64,000 bases of DNA from Octopus vulgaris (taxonomy: Eukaryota), in NCBI GenBank assembly GCA_951406725.2, contig OX597814.1:13144001-13208000 (forward strand). Reading direction: 5' to 3'. Below, in pieces: positions 44,191 to 58,079 of this stretch. The position numbers and the translations under genes were made by a program. The notes under the pieces are model-generated. The model was not told the origin of the DNA. It saw only the letters and a program-made list of their open reading frames with translations, and searched no databases. Numbering within the stretch: position 1 is the stretch's first letter; each line of letters opens with the position of its first letter.

Positions 44191-45414
44191 TACTGGTAAG
44201 GAGATGTAAGGATGTGTGATAAAGCTGCCCAAAATTAAATATGAAAATATAAATATAACGTATGCCGAGAACGAGTGCATTCGTTGAAATTATTTAAAGA
44301 AAATCGTCACAGAAGTGGAAGTCTTTTCCTGAATGTCATTAAAGGATATATATCTCAACATCCGTAGATTTCGGATGTTGTTACTTATCCTCTTTCATCG
44401 GATATGGTATGTAGAACCTTGTAACTAGAATAATGTTATATGCAACGGAAGTGATGCTCTATGCAATGCCAATGAATATCTGAAGACAAAGATCTTTAAA
44501 ATATATGAAAACACTTTAGACGAAAGGAAACTTTTGAGGAAACGCAAATTGAACAGATGCACATTATAAGTGTGTGCGTGTGTGAGAGAGAGAAAGAGAG
44601 AGCGCGAGAGAAAGTGTTTGAGTAACTGTGACTGTACACGTGTGCGCACGTGAGTGTGCGTATGTGTATGTGAGTGTGTGTGTGTGTGTGTGGTGTGTAT
44701 GAAAAGAGGAAATGTGAATCTAAAATTTAAATAAGGATCCTAAAAGTAAATATTCATTTCACATATATTAAACGTAAAATTCAAAGAAGATCCAAACTGA
44801 AACATTTTCAATAATGTTATTAATATATAGTATCAATATGTGGAATGAAGAAATTATTCTCCAAATGTTAGCATTTTAGACGCATGTGTTTTTGACTCTT
44901 GTGAGAATATGGCGTGAATAACCAAAACCAAATAGTAAAGCTAAAAAATAACTCTGATGTCATGAAGGAAGGATGCCAAAATATTTCTGAAACATAATTA
45001 CAGACAAAATGGAACGAAGACAATTTAAATTGAAAGGAAAGTGAATTTGCGAGGGAAAGAAGATAAATAATTGCGGGTAGATAACATCAAGTATCGGACA
45101 AAGGAAAAACAGAGAACATGAGAATTCTAAAAAGAAAGAAATTTGACATATTTGACGCTTAGTGCACGAGTGTTAATAATTAATGGCTGGATATTTCTGA
45201 CAATGCATACTGCTTTTGCTTCTGGCCCCTAGGCAGTACAGAACATCGAATTGTTTCTATTTAACAAAATTTAATGTTAACAGAGATTCTTCGAATACCG
45301 TGTTTTGAAAAGGAGAATTACCAATTTTCATGTTTGACAGTGGGACAACTCCAATCCACTCGGCTATTAAGCAAACACGTTAATGTATGTATATATGTGT
45401 GTAGTTATATATGT

Positions 45415-45800
45415 GGAGGCGCAATGGCCCAGTGGTTAGGGCAACGGACTCGCGGTCATAGGATCGCGGTTTCGATTCCCAGACCGGGCGTTGTGAGTGT
45501 TTATTGAGCGAATACACCTAAAGCTCCACGAGGCTCCGGCAGAGGATGGTGGTGATCCTTGCTGTACTCTTTCACCACAGCTTTTCTCACTCTTACGTCC
45601 TGTTTCTGTTGTACCTGTATTTCAAAGGGCCGGCCTTGTCACTCTCTGTGTCACGCTGAATATCCCCGAGAACTACGTTAAGGGTACACGTGTCTGTGGA
45701 GTGCTCAGCCACTTACACGTTAATTTCACGAGCAGGCTGTTCTGGTGATTCGGATTAACCGGAACCCTCGTCGTCGTAACCGACGGAGTGTTTCCATCCC
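45415..45800 (+). mobile_element. tRNA-derived SINE (head A plus tail X) with 12-bp TSD
   Basis: A box TGGCCCAGTGG, B box GGTTTCGATTCC; AGTTATATATGT at 45403-45414 and 45801-45812. Confidence 0.9.
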
Positions 45801-45994
45801 AGTTATATATGTATATACACACACGTGCCCACGCCTGTGTATTATTTCCACCTCATGTGTGCCCATGTATTTGCGCATGCAACCATCATTATCCTCATCG
45901 TCATCATTTAGCGTTCACATGGGTGATTGTAGCAGTGGTGGGAGCGTGGGAAGAGGTGTGAGGGCATGTTAGCTGGACGGTATATTTATGTGTA

Positions 45995-46225
45995 GGCGAG
46001 CTGGCAGAAACGTTAGCACGCCGGGCGACATGCATAGCGGTATTTCGTCTGCCGCTAGGTTCTGAGTTCAAATTCCGCCGAGGTCGACTTTGCCTTTCAT
46101 CCTTTCGGGGTCGATGAAATAAGTACCAGTTACGCACTGGGGTCGATATAATCGACTTAATCCATTTGTCTGTCCTTGTTTGTCCTCTCTGTGTTTAGCC
46201 CCTTGTAGGTTGTAAAGAAATAGGC
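45995..46225 (+). mobile_element. SINE family 2 (tRNA head plus Meta-domain-like core) with 13-bp TSD
   Basis: B box GAGTTCAAATTCC; GCCTTTCATCCTTTCGGGGTCGATGAAATAAGTACCAG core; ATATTTATGTGTA at 45982-45994 and 46226-46238. Confidence 0.9.
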
Positions 46226-46774
46226 ATATTTATGTGTAGGTGTGTGTATGTGTATGTGTGTGCATATACATGTGCATGTGTATGTATGTATTTATATATA
46301 TCTATGTGTGTGTGTGCATATGTGTATATCTATGTGTCCATGTGTGTATGTGTGTGCATACATTAATGCATGTGTATGGATGCGAATTTATATATATGTG
46401 CGTATGTATGAGTATATCCGAGCAGGTGTGTGTGTGTGTTTATATATGTATATGCGTGTGTGTATGCATATGTATGTATATATGCATGTCTATGTGTATG
46501 TGTATATATACATGTGTATGGATGCGCATGGGTTTGTACATATATATATATATATGTGTGTGAGTATGTGTGTTTGTGTGTGTGTATGTAAAAAAATACA
46601 GACTGAGACAAGATCGCAAAACATTTTAAAGACGATACAAAAAAACACGGACGGGACATTCGAAGCCTTCAATCTTCAGTCAAGAACCGGATCATCCTCG
46701 CAATTTCGGCTGATTAATCTTGATATATATATATGTATATGTATGGATAGATATGTGTGAATTTATATATATAT

Positions 46775-47312
46775 AAGTCACCCGCGAAAGAGAAGCAGTT
46801 AAGGGAGAGAACATGTTCAGCCAGACGAAGAAGCGTGGATGTGTCAGGTTGGGGGTTAGTTCGAAGGTCTAGGAAATGCCTGAGGGCAAGAAGCCCCTCG
46901 TCGTGTGGGATCACTGTATAAAGTCTCTTGGTGACAAGAGTGAAAAGAAGTTTAGAGGGGCCAGGAGGGAAGCAGATAGAGTTGAACAGACGAAGAGCAT
47001 GGTTAGTGTCATGGATGTGAGAGGAGGAAGAAGCTACTAGAGGGGTATGGACACGGTCAATATATTTGGAGATGAGATCCATAGAGCAGTTGCAGGCGGA
47101 GACGATGGGAGGGCCTGAGTTGTTAGGTATGTGGATTTGGGGAGTGCGAAGGGTGCGGACAATGACTTTGTAGGAGGTGGTGGGGTAGGTATCTGTGGGG
47201 TTGGAGTGACGGGGTGTTTGGTGAGGAGGAGGGGGAGCGTATCAGGGAGGGAGGGTTACAGGGGAGGAGTTGGGATTGTGGTATCGCGTGTGATGAAATG
47301 GAAGAGTGAGTG
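46775..47312 (-). mobile_element. PLE reverse transcriptase fragment (different family from 30130-33134)
   Basis: PIVSACNCSMDLISKYID..HIHDTNHAL..LFTLVTKRLYTVIPHDEGLLAL..LAEHVLSLNCFSF. Confidence 0.85.
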
Positions 47313-48251
47313 GAGATATATATATGTTTGTGTGTGTGCATATTTTTGTATACACAGACACACACTTACACACATATATATATATATATATGTATATATA
47401 CAGAATTGGAGAGAGAGAGAGGGAGAGGTGTCTATATACTTTTTGCTTATTATATGTAGAGAAGTAAATATGGGAGGTACCATGATCACCCTTACCTTCC
47501 CTCACAAAACACAATATATATATAAACACTTCTATCATCAAACATTTATTATCAAAAAACATTATCTTAACGAGGTGTAAGATAATGTCTTACCACCACC
47601 CCAGACACACCTAAAGCAAAAAAATGGCTAAAAGAAAGAATTTGAAAAATATCTGGCCATTAGATATCTGACCAAAGGTCAACTATCCAACTGGTTTCAT
47701 AAAACGTTCCTTTAACACATCACCACCTCCTAACTCCACCTCAATCAAGTATCTTGTGTTGATCATCTACTACTTTCTTTCAGCTATAATTCATCAACAG
47801 TCTTTCATTCTCGGAATGATTAATAAAACCGAATCCCACTTCAAACATACCCAAAATCCCATATGTAAAATCACAAAGCCCCATATGCTACGATCTATTT
47901 GAACACGAATGCGAGAAAGCTCTCTGAAAAACTTACGAGGGAAGTTTTAAACAAATCTCCCCACCCAAGTCAACAAAGTACTTACTAGATATGTGAAGTA
48001 AAGAGGAAAACTTATATTATTAAAAAAATTCTTAAAAATGAAACTGGTTAAAACTACAAAGGAATTCAATCTTCTTTTTTCAAATACAACCAACAAATAC
48101 CAAGGACTGACACAATTTCCAATATATATATATATATATATATAAAACTTAAAAAAGGATGCGTGGCGATCGATCATATAATAATATAAATAATATATTA
48201 ATATATGCGTATATACATACATATATGTACATACCTACATACACACACACG

Positions 48252-48304
<53 letters not shown>

Positions 48305-48540
48305 ATTATTATTATTCTTTGTCTTCTCCGTCTCCTTCTTCTTCGTCCTCTTCTTCCTCTCTCAGCCACCTCCTCCCATACTTTACTATTACTGCTGCTT
48401 AGAATAACACCTACGCAAATATTAAAAACAGTATATTCAAAAGTGATATCTCAAATACTCAATCACTACTACCATCCACAAAAAGTCACTTTCTGGGCAC
48501 TTGGTCATTTAACATCCTACTTCTATGATAAAACTCCCCC

Positions 48541-48685
48541 CTTCTTCTTCTTCTTCTTCTTCTTCTTCTTCTTCTTCTTCTTCTTCTTCTTCTTCTTCTT
48601 CTTCTTCTTCTTCTTCTTCTTCTTCTTCTTCTTCTTCTTCTTCTTCTTCTTCTTCTTCTTCTTCTTCTTCTCCTTCTTCTTCTTC
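48541..48685. repeat. (CTT)n microsatellite
   Basis: Direct inspection. Confidence 0.98.
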
Positions 48686-48745
48686 TCTACGAAGAATTCG
48701 CAACAAAAGCTCAAAAATTCTCAATCACTGAAACCGGTTCTAGTA

Positions 48746-48822
<77 letters not shown>

Positions 48823-48983
48823 TATAAATATGTATAATGCATTTGTTATTTCTGGGTGCGTTTGAACCACAACCATCATATGACAAATGCTGTTAGTGCG
48901 TTTATGCCCCCGTCACTTAGCGGTTCAGATGAATGAAACAAGTAAAAGAATATATATGTGTGCGAGTGTGCACCTTGATAAGT

Positions 48984-49066
<83 letters not shown>

Positions 49067-49071
49067 CATAC

Positions 49072-49130
<59 letters not shown>

Positions 49131-49245
49131 TATATATATAAGTTCAGATAAATAGTGTGCTTAAGTTGAGGCAGCAGAATTAAGTAGGTATTATCCATAT
49201 AATTTCAGAAGAAATTTGAATCAAATACCATTATTGTTTATTTTG

Positions 49246-49285
<40 letters not shown>

Positions 49286-49491
49286 TATATATATTGTGTA
49301 TTTGTGTATGTATATATGTATGAATTTGTATATAAATTTACATAAACGTAGCTAATTTTGAAATTAAATCAGCAGCTTATATAAATGTAACGAAGAAAAC
49401 CGCGCGGTAGCGGTGGATTTTGAAAATTTAGAGCATATAGGATTGAGGCTCCCTTGCTGTAGCCTACGTGGACATATTCTCGTCCTAGGCT

Positions 49492-49586
49492 TCTCTGCTG
49501 ATGAGACACGCCAGTTGTAAGCAGATTTAATTTAATTTAATTAATCTGTTTACCAAAGTTTGTCGAAACTATGCATAGTCCAGAGA
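49492..49586 (+). ncRNA. Canonical type I hammerhead ribozyme
   Basis: TCTCTG-CTGATGA-GACA..(GTAAGCAGATT/AATCTGTTTAC hairpin)..TGTC-GAAA-CTATGCATAG-TC-CAGAGA; all core residues, G10.1-C11.1, GUC triplet; predicted cleavage after 49580. Confidence 0.88.
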
Positions 49587-49649
49587 TAAAAAGGGTAAAT
49601 GTTTTTATTTCTCTTCCAATTTCAGAACTACAACTATTTAGAGGTGTTG

Positions 49650-49694
<45 letters not shown>

Positions 49695-49704
<10 letters not shown>

Positions 49705-49845
49705 ATATAGAGGGCATTATTATATATACATGCCACAGCTAAGAGGGACATTAGTCATTTCTACCAAAAATTTTTGGGTAGAAATGACTAATGTCCCTCT
49801 TAGCGTGTGGATGTATGTATAATAATGCTCTATATATATAAATTA
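49695..49845. repeat. ~150-bp palindrome inside a (TA)n tract
   Basis: GCTAAGAGGGACATTAGTCATTTCTACC-AAAAATTTTTG-GGTAGAAATGACTAATGTCCCTCTTAGC. Confidence 0.9.
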
Positions 49846-50653
49846 ATATGTTCAATAAGAAAGAATTATTTTCGAAATTTTTTCTCTTATGAGGTTTTTC
49901 ACGCTATCTACCTGATAATTTCTTGTTAAGATTCCTTATTAAGAGGTTATCCTTATTTGTTAAATAATTATATATATATATATATATATAAATGTATAAA
50001 TTTGTACGGAATACCTATACTGTTAGATGTATTAAAATGCATTTAATGTAATCATGAGTATTAGAGGCATAAATACATATAAGTCGGACGTGTAATTGTG
50101 TTTCTCTGTACATCTGTGGTTGAAGAGTTTGTATGTTAGTAGTTTCAAGGAAGTTATTCTGAATTCCAATCAGTATCTCGCGGGAAATATGTGCCATGGA
50201 AAATATTTCTGATTAATTTGTTAATGGTCGTGATATATATATATATATAAGGAGATGAGTATGCATATTCAGCAATCCTAAAGGATAATATTTAGGACGC
50301 ATTAGTTTAATGTAATATAGTTTTCTAATTATATTATAAGATCCATAAGAAATTAAATTGCATACAAAATCTTCGAAAGCATATTTTAGAATACATCAAA
50401 ATATATTAAATGCCCATTAACAATATTGCACAAGAAGCTAACATCTGTGTCAACAGTATAGTATATTACTATGAAAACCCGTTATGCTTTGATATTTGTT
50501 TGATTATTTCTAATTTAAGAATACATTAGAGTAGACGTAATATCACTCCAAGTCGAAAATTATACATACATACATTCATACATACATACACACATTCATA
50601 TATACATATACATATACATATATATGTATATATATGCGTGTGACTGTATTTCC

Positions 50654-50692
<39 letters not shown>

Positions 50693-50850
50693 TCTTATGA
50701 TTATAATTATGCTTATATTTATAAAATATTTGTATAATTTTACCTATAAAGTTTATTTTAATGTGCCGATCTGCTTGGTGAAATTATTAATTAATTGATG
50801 GATTAATTAATTAATTTAATAAATAAATTTTACACTTTTATTATTAATTT

Positions 50851-50942
<92 letters not shown>

Positions 50943-51274
50943 TGCATGTATGCATGACCCAAAGAGCAAGTTCAAAAGTGTACAATACTGACACTATTCC
51001 GTTATTTTAACTTTCAAACAGTAACTTGTCAACAGTACTGCGACAATTATAACGAGATGTGTGTATGTCATATAGATACACGAGGTCTGTGAGATATCTA
51101 TTAAATGTTGGGACGTAATTTTATTGATACGTTCATTTTCATATAGTTTATTTGTCATGTAATACATAGATATTAAAGGTCAGGTTTATAAATCTATATT
51201 TTCTTTCTGTAAATGCTCCCTGTATGTTTACAGTGCATGCTTAACCGCAGTGTATCTAATGTGGTTTTCTTTTA

Positions 51275-51793
51275 CAGTAATTCCTCGACTATCGAGGGTG
51301 TTACGTTCCAAAATCTCCCGCGATAGGTAAAAATCTGCGAAGTAGAAACAGTACTACACCGTTTTTGTTTTTTTCGTCATTTTTATAACTTGCATATATT
51401 TATTTTATTATAAATGCAAAGCAATACCGCATACTCGCCTCCCGTGTCTTTTTATCCATGAAGTATGTGCGATTCTTTGTTTATTCATCTACAGTACACT
51501 ACGTATTTAAAAAGAATATTTTTTAATTAACGTATTATACAGTGTACTCTATTTTTATTTATTAATTTATGAATTTTTAAGCGTGAAAATTCTTATTTTA
51601 CCACAGAAATAATTAAAATCTAAAAAAGTATAAATAGCCATCCGCGGTAGAAACCCGCAATATATTGAGGATTCCGCAATATAAACTCATATATATTATC
51701 CAGAAAAATCCGCAATGTCCTAAATGCTCGATAGGTGAACCGCGAGGTATTGTGTGCGCGATAGGTGGACCACGATATGGTGATGATATACTG
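51275..51793 (+). mobile_element. Tigger/pogo-type MITE
   Basis: TA-CAGTA...TACTG-TA termini with subterminal similarity; second copy inverted at 58994-59496. Confidence 0.8.
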
Positions 51794-52154
51794 TACATTT
51801 AAATTCTTGAATTTGCAATTAAATAAGAATGAACTAATTACATAAATTTTGTACTGTTTATTGGAACTATAATATTGTCGTTTGGAAAGTATTTTCTCTC
51901 TCACTATATTTTTCGGATAAAATTTTCCTCTGCATGTAAAACTAATCTTTAACCTTAACGCCACAGAATGATTTCGATTACAATAATTTAAAAAGGATTA
52001 TCTGCTAAGAGAATACAATTACATTGTCTTTCATAGATCTTCTTTTTCGCCTAGTCTATTCATTCTCCTTAGTATTTTAATGCTCATTGTCTTTAATGTT
52101 ACTATGCTTCAACAACATGCATATGCAATTCATGCGTGGGTGTATATATTTTAC

Positions 52155-52364
52155 AGTTCTATATTTAAGAGATGAGGAATTATGTACCTTATTTACATTA
52201 TTTAAATTCGAGGGATATTTGTCCTCATCTTGTTCTTGTTTACACAACGTTTCGACTGATATGCCCTCCAGCCTTATTCAGGTGTCTTGGCGAAATTCCA
52301 AACCTGTGTTCTCATTCCTAAGGTATTTTTCGATGTTGCTGTTGTTATTATTATTATTGTAGTT

Positions 52365-52395
<31 letters not shown>

Positions 52396-52842
52396 TTGTT
52401 GATATTGCTGCTGCTTTTGTTGTTGCTGTTGCTGCAGTTGTTGTTGTTCAGTTCACTGCTCGGAATCTTGTGGTTAGTAGCCCGCGCTCATAACCACTAC
52501 GCCATTATGCCTGTGGGCAATTATGGAGTGAATTTTAGGGCATATAAATCTAATATTTTTCTGACCTTCCTTAATACCGGATCCAATATGCTGCTCATAT
52601 GTACACTCAGTCTGTTTAGGAGCTTGTTGTGTCCTGGCATGTGCTGCTTCTTTTAGTTTTCTTATTTTCCAGTGGTGTTGTGTCTATTATGGGTATTAAG
52701 GAAGGATAGAAAAATATTAGATTTATAAGTCCTAAAATTCACTCCATAATTGCGTAGTGGTTAAGAGCGCGGGGTACTAAACCCAAGATTCCGAGTTCGA
52801 TTCCAAGCAGTGATCTGAACACGGATAATAATAATAATAATG

Positions 52843-52885
<43 letters not shown>

Positions 52886-53045
52886 CAACGGCATCGAAAA
52901 TTAATAATAATAACATCGAAAAATTTTCGAGCACAGGTTAGAAAATTCCCCAAGACACCTGAAAAAGGCTGGAGGGTATATCAGCCGAAACTTTGTGTTA
53001 ACAAGAAGCAAGATGAGGACAAATATCCGTCGAATATAGATAATA
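52155..53045. mobile_element. Back-to-back inverted duplication of a PLE 3' unit [ORF C-terminus, tRNA-like, microsatellite, HHR]
   Basis: Minus strand HWKIRKLKEAAH../GHNKLLNRLSVHMSSILDPVLRK (52505-52676); tRNA-like 52450-52505 (-) and 52752-52818 (+); HHR-like 52242-52286 (-) and 52954-52999 (+). Confidence 0.85.
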
Positions 53046-53374
53046 TATTTAGTAGTGGTAAAAAGTACGCCAACTACTTTCCGACTAAATATTTCATATA
53101 CTTATAACACATTAAGAGATAAAATATATATATCTGCAAATGTTAATAAACATTACAAGACAATAATGTGATATCAAAAGCATGTAATGTTATACATTGC
53201 TAGAAATATTACGTTTTCTGTCTGTAGATTAACATACAAGGTGGCATAGAATTCAATTATCTTTTTATGAATATTGAATTTATAACTTATAATGTTATGA
53301 TAAAACATCATTCAAAGTACTCTCATGACAAACCTCTGAATTGTTTTGCCAATGAAATATATTCTTTTTTGAAA

Positions 53375-53650
53375 TGCCCGAAATTTTAGGGGACGGAGAG
53401 CCAGTTGATTACATCGATCCCTGTACGCATTTGGTTCTTAATTCATCGACCCCGAAAAGCAAAGTCAACCTCGGTGGAATTTGAACTCAGAACACAAAGA
53501 CAGGAGTGGCTGTGTGGTAAGTAGCTTGTTTACCAACCACATGGTTCCGGGTTCAGTCCCACTGCGTGGCATCTTGGACATGTGTCTTCTGCTATAGCCC
53601 CGGGCCGACCAATGCCTTGTGAGTGGATTTGGTAGACGGAAACTGAAAGA
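53375..53650. mobile_element. SINE family 2 fragment (-) fused to a truncated SINE family 1 5' part (+)
   Basis: 53430-53495 is the reverse complement of the family 2 core; 53501-53650 matches 53818-53968. Confidence 0.8.
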
Positions 53651-53737
53651 CGGAAACATATATATATATATATATGCCAAATTATTGTCGGAATGTTCAT
53701 ATCAAATCTGCCGTATTATAACAGAAATTAACTGAAC

Positions 53738-53817
<80 letters not shown>

Positions 53818-54220
53818 CAGGAGTGGCTGTGTGGTAAGTAGCTTGCTAACCAGCCACATGGTTCCGGGTTCAGTCCCACTGCGTGGTATCTTGGGCAAGT
53901 GTCTTCTGCTATAGCCCCGGGCCGACCAATGCCTTGTGAGTGGATTTGGTAGACGGAAACTGAAAGAAGCCTGTCGTATATATGTATATATATATATGTG
54001 TGTGCGTGTTTGTGTGTCTGTGTTTGTCCTCCTAGCATTGCTTGACAACCGATGCTGGTGTGTTTACGTCCCCGTCACTTAGCGGTTCGGCAAAAGAGAC
54101 CGATAGAATAAGTACTGGGCTTACAAAGAATAAGTCCCGGGGTCGATTTGCTCGACTAAAGGCGGTGCTCCAGCATGGCCGCAGTCAAATGACTGAAACA
54201 AGTAAAAGAGCAAAAGAGTA
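53818..54220 (+). mobile_element. Full-length tRNA-derived SINE family 1
   Basis: GGAGTGGCTGTGTGGTAAG (A box), GGGTTCAGTCC (B box), internal microsatellite, 3' GGCGGTGCTCCAGCATGGCCGCAGTCAAATGACTG and short tandem tail. Confidence 0.92.
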
Positions 54221-54243
54221 ATATATATATATATATATATGTA

Positions 54244-54333
<90 letters not shown>

Positions 54334-54335
<2 letters not shown>

Positions 54336-54418
54336 AATAGTTATCGCCATACTTATATGGCAGTCTTATAAATATAAGACTAAAGCTGTCGCTATATAAG
54401 TATGGCGATAACTATTAA
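54334..54418. repeat. Short palindrome next to (TA)n
   Basis: TTAATAGTTATCGCCATACTTATAT ... ATATAAGTATGGCGATAACTATTAA. Confidence 0.9.
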
Positions 54419-57206
54419 TTTCCAGTAACGCTGCCGTAATCTCCTTTAGAGAGACTTAGTAATTTTAATATTTCTATTATATCTCTCTCTCTGTCACTCT
54501 CTCTCTCTCTATATATATATATACATATATATATGAATATATATATATATTTACTTATATATATGAATATACATGCATATGTATATTTATATACATACAT
54601 GTATATATATATATATGTATATATACATACACCTATATATACATACATACATACACACATATATATATGCATATGTATATACAGCTCATAGCAGTAATAA
54701 CCCATAAAAAATCATGTAGTGTACTAAATTCTAGACCATTTGCCCTTTGGTATTGCAATGGCTAATATCCTGTCGCTTTTTAAAATTTTAGCTTGATAGA
54801 CGAAGCAGGAACTATATGAAATTTTAACCAATTTACAAGCTTAGATATGTGAACACTTTTGCAAGCGCTATAACATTTTCGTCGGATGCGTATGACTTCC
54901 ATTTGTCTTCGCCTTGCGTATATAATTTATTTTGTTATCAATATTATTTGAAAATTTTCTTCAACGTAAGGCTAGTTCTAATCTCTTGTTTCCATTTCCG
55001 TATGCAGATGATAAATTCTGGAGATGATTAAGATGACATATTGCCGCAGGATGCTTTTCCCGTTACCCTGATGTAGTAAGCAAAATGTCTGCTTTGCAGT
55101 TACCGCTTTCATGTGCTGATCGTACTGTTAGAATTCTTGGAGATATTTCTTCAACTGTATAGTTGGGTGACCAATACATTGTGAATGACATTTGTTAGAT
55201 GGAAAATTTTAACCCACTGGAAGGAATGTAACTCCAATTAATCTAGATGAGTGGTGGTTTATCTCTAACACAAGACTGATCTGTGCCTTTTGGGGAGTTC
55301 TCTATTATGTAAGAAATTTGCGGTCTAGGTTGAAACTACTTTCCTTACTTTTACCAACAGTCTCTAAGGCTCCACGAAAAGACTTCCTCACTATACATGG
55401 TCATATGCGTGTTTAAATTATAATGATTTCAAATCCTTGTCAAAGATACATACGCAGATTTACTGTAATATCCATGTCATCTGCAATGAGGTGTGCTCAC
55501 ATGCTTCTCATATAGATACTAAAATGCAATGGGCTATTTCAGAAATAATCAATATTTATTTTATGCAGATTATATTTTACATTGCACATATAAAAGGAAC
55601 CATTTTCTGACACGAAAATCAGTATTTTCTAAAAACGGATTACAATTGCCATTTAAGCTATGGATGTATTCACTCTAAGCATTGATTGTATTGTCAAACT
55701 CACTGAATTTGATTTAATAATCACTGTAGTTCAGATCGTATTTTTAAACAACACTACGGCTGAAAAATAAGTAAAGGGGAAATTAAATAAGATTACTAAA
55801 GTTGGATTGGAAATGTGTAGTTTATATTGATGTTGACTGAAAGAATCATGCAATAAGCAATTTGCTGACTACAATGTTTTAATAATTCTGCAACAACTTA
55901 ATATTATAATGGAGTCATGAGAATGGTATTAAGGAAATACCAAAAAGATCGATGGATATTTACATATAGAAACACACTTCCAGTATTGTATAATGAGGTG
56001 CAATAACTCGGAACATGTTTCAAAGTCTTCAAGTGAAACACTATTGTAATTTCATGGATAGTATAATGGAAATCAAAATAAGACAAAGAAAATAAATCTT
56101 GTTTAGTTGATCTCTGTATTGAGTTTAAATCGCGAGTTGGGAAATGAATAGTTGTAACAAAGAATCTTTGATCCTTATTGCTAACTTAATTTAAAATTTC
56201 ATTGTTTAATTCTAACAATATTTATAGATTTCTGGTTTGATATGGTGAATAATGTAGATTTCCTTTCTCAATATTAAGCATCAAAAATATTTGATCTCTT
56301 TGAACACTTGAGACATATATTATTAATTCCATTTTCCTTTTAAATTCATGAGGAATTTATATCTTTATATTCGTGTAATTAATGATGTAAGATATACATG
56401 ATACCTACACAGGGAAATTTGTGAACTCTTCTGTAACAATCCCATAGCTCTCTCTACTTCAAAGAGTCATTTAGACTAATGTATGGAGAACTATGCTTAA
56501 CTTTCAAATTCAATGTTATATACATTACATCCGAGCTAAATACATTCTTTACAAATGCGACGAGTATGCATAAATTTAAAATAGTAATATTACTCTATTT
56601 GCTGAAGTTCAATCAGATGTGAATGGGATGAAATGCATTTCTATCCAGAACACTCCTCATTTATTTCAGATTCTATTTGTATCTCTTTGAATTCCTTATA
56701 TATATTTGTCCGTAATTTCAAATCGAAATTATAATTGGCTCCTAATAAAGTTTGTATTTAAAATTTGCATAAAAAACAACATTCAACATTTACTTGGAAT
56801 TAAAATATAATTTCTTTTGTCTTATTATAAGTACAGGGAAAGAGCAAAGTGGTAGTCATAGAAACAATGTGTATAAACAGCAACAATAATCCAAATAATT
56901 AGTTTAAAGATGCCAGATATATATGGAGAAAATTGATATATAGATTAATAATAGCTGTAGTAAAGCTTTCCTGTCGGAACACGGAATTGTTCAATGACAC
57001 TAGGACATCTTCCGATACATAATTTAAAGAGAGATACAAAAAAACCGAAATGAGGATAAGACCAACGAAAATAAAAAAAGTTACCGGAAGTAGGACGTTT
57101 GAAAACAATTTCCTAAATATTAACGGTAACTTATAGAAAAATCTATATTATTTGTACATTTAAATTTCCTTTTGCATTTCAGTTAAGAAGTGGGATGCCA
57201 CTGAGA

Positions 57207-57289
<83 letters not shown>

Positions 57290-57301
57290 TGTGTGTATGT
57301 T

Positions 57302-57355
<54 letters not shown>

Positions 57356-57371
57356 AATGATTGTAAGTATG

Positions 57372-57757
57372 TATATATAGTTGTAATTAAGGGCACAGAA
57401 AATCTTGCCTATATGTATATGCTGAAAAGCGACGCTAAATCGTCCAACCACTTTAAATTATCACCAAAATTATATGTAACCGTGCCTTTGGATTTGCTTC
57501 CCTGTGGTGTAGGAATGTGTAAATGTTCCATTTATTTCATTCACTATGCGCTGCTGAGGAGGAAAAGGCATTAAGTAAATCTAGAAATTGATCAATCCAG
57601 GGATAATTGTATTTTTATGATTTTCCGTTAGCTTACTCCCTCGATTTCAGCACATGTATAATTTTGGTGATGATTTAAAGTGGTTAGACGATTTAGCGTC
57701 TCTGTTCAGCATAAAGGCAATATTTTTCTATTCCCTTAAGTATAATTGTATATATGA
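57372..57757. mobile_element. Fold-back element with an HHR-like motif in the loop (57551-57600, +)
   Basis: Arms GACGCTAAATCGTCCAACCACTTTAAATTATCACCAAAATTATA and its reverse complement; CTG-CTGAGGA-gga..tcta-GAAA-TTGATCAA-TC-CAG. Confidence 0.75.
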
Positions 57758-58079
57758 TTTCACCTTAACTAGGTCTATTTTTATATGCTGGCCGCTGATA
57801 AAAATGTGAAAGATCTTTCCATTATTATTTTAATGTGTGTGTGTATATATATATGAGAGAAATAGAACAGGTAATAGACAATATTCGTTACTAATGACCG
57901 CGATCGTTACGCACATTGTGCATCGGTCCCTCATGAATAAGATTTTGTACAAATAGTTGCGGTGCATGTAAAAAGTCACCTGAAGAGGGACATCTGCAGC
58001 GAATGATTCACCACAACTTTTAGTATATAATCTCACCTGATGCACGACTGGTTATAAACTTAAATTTACATATGTTCCG

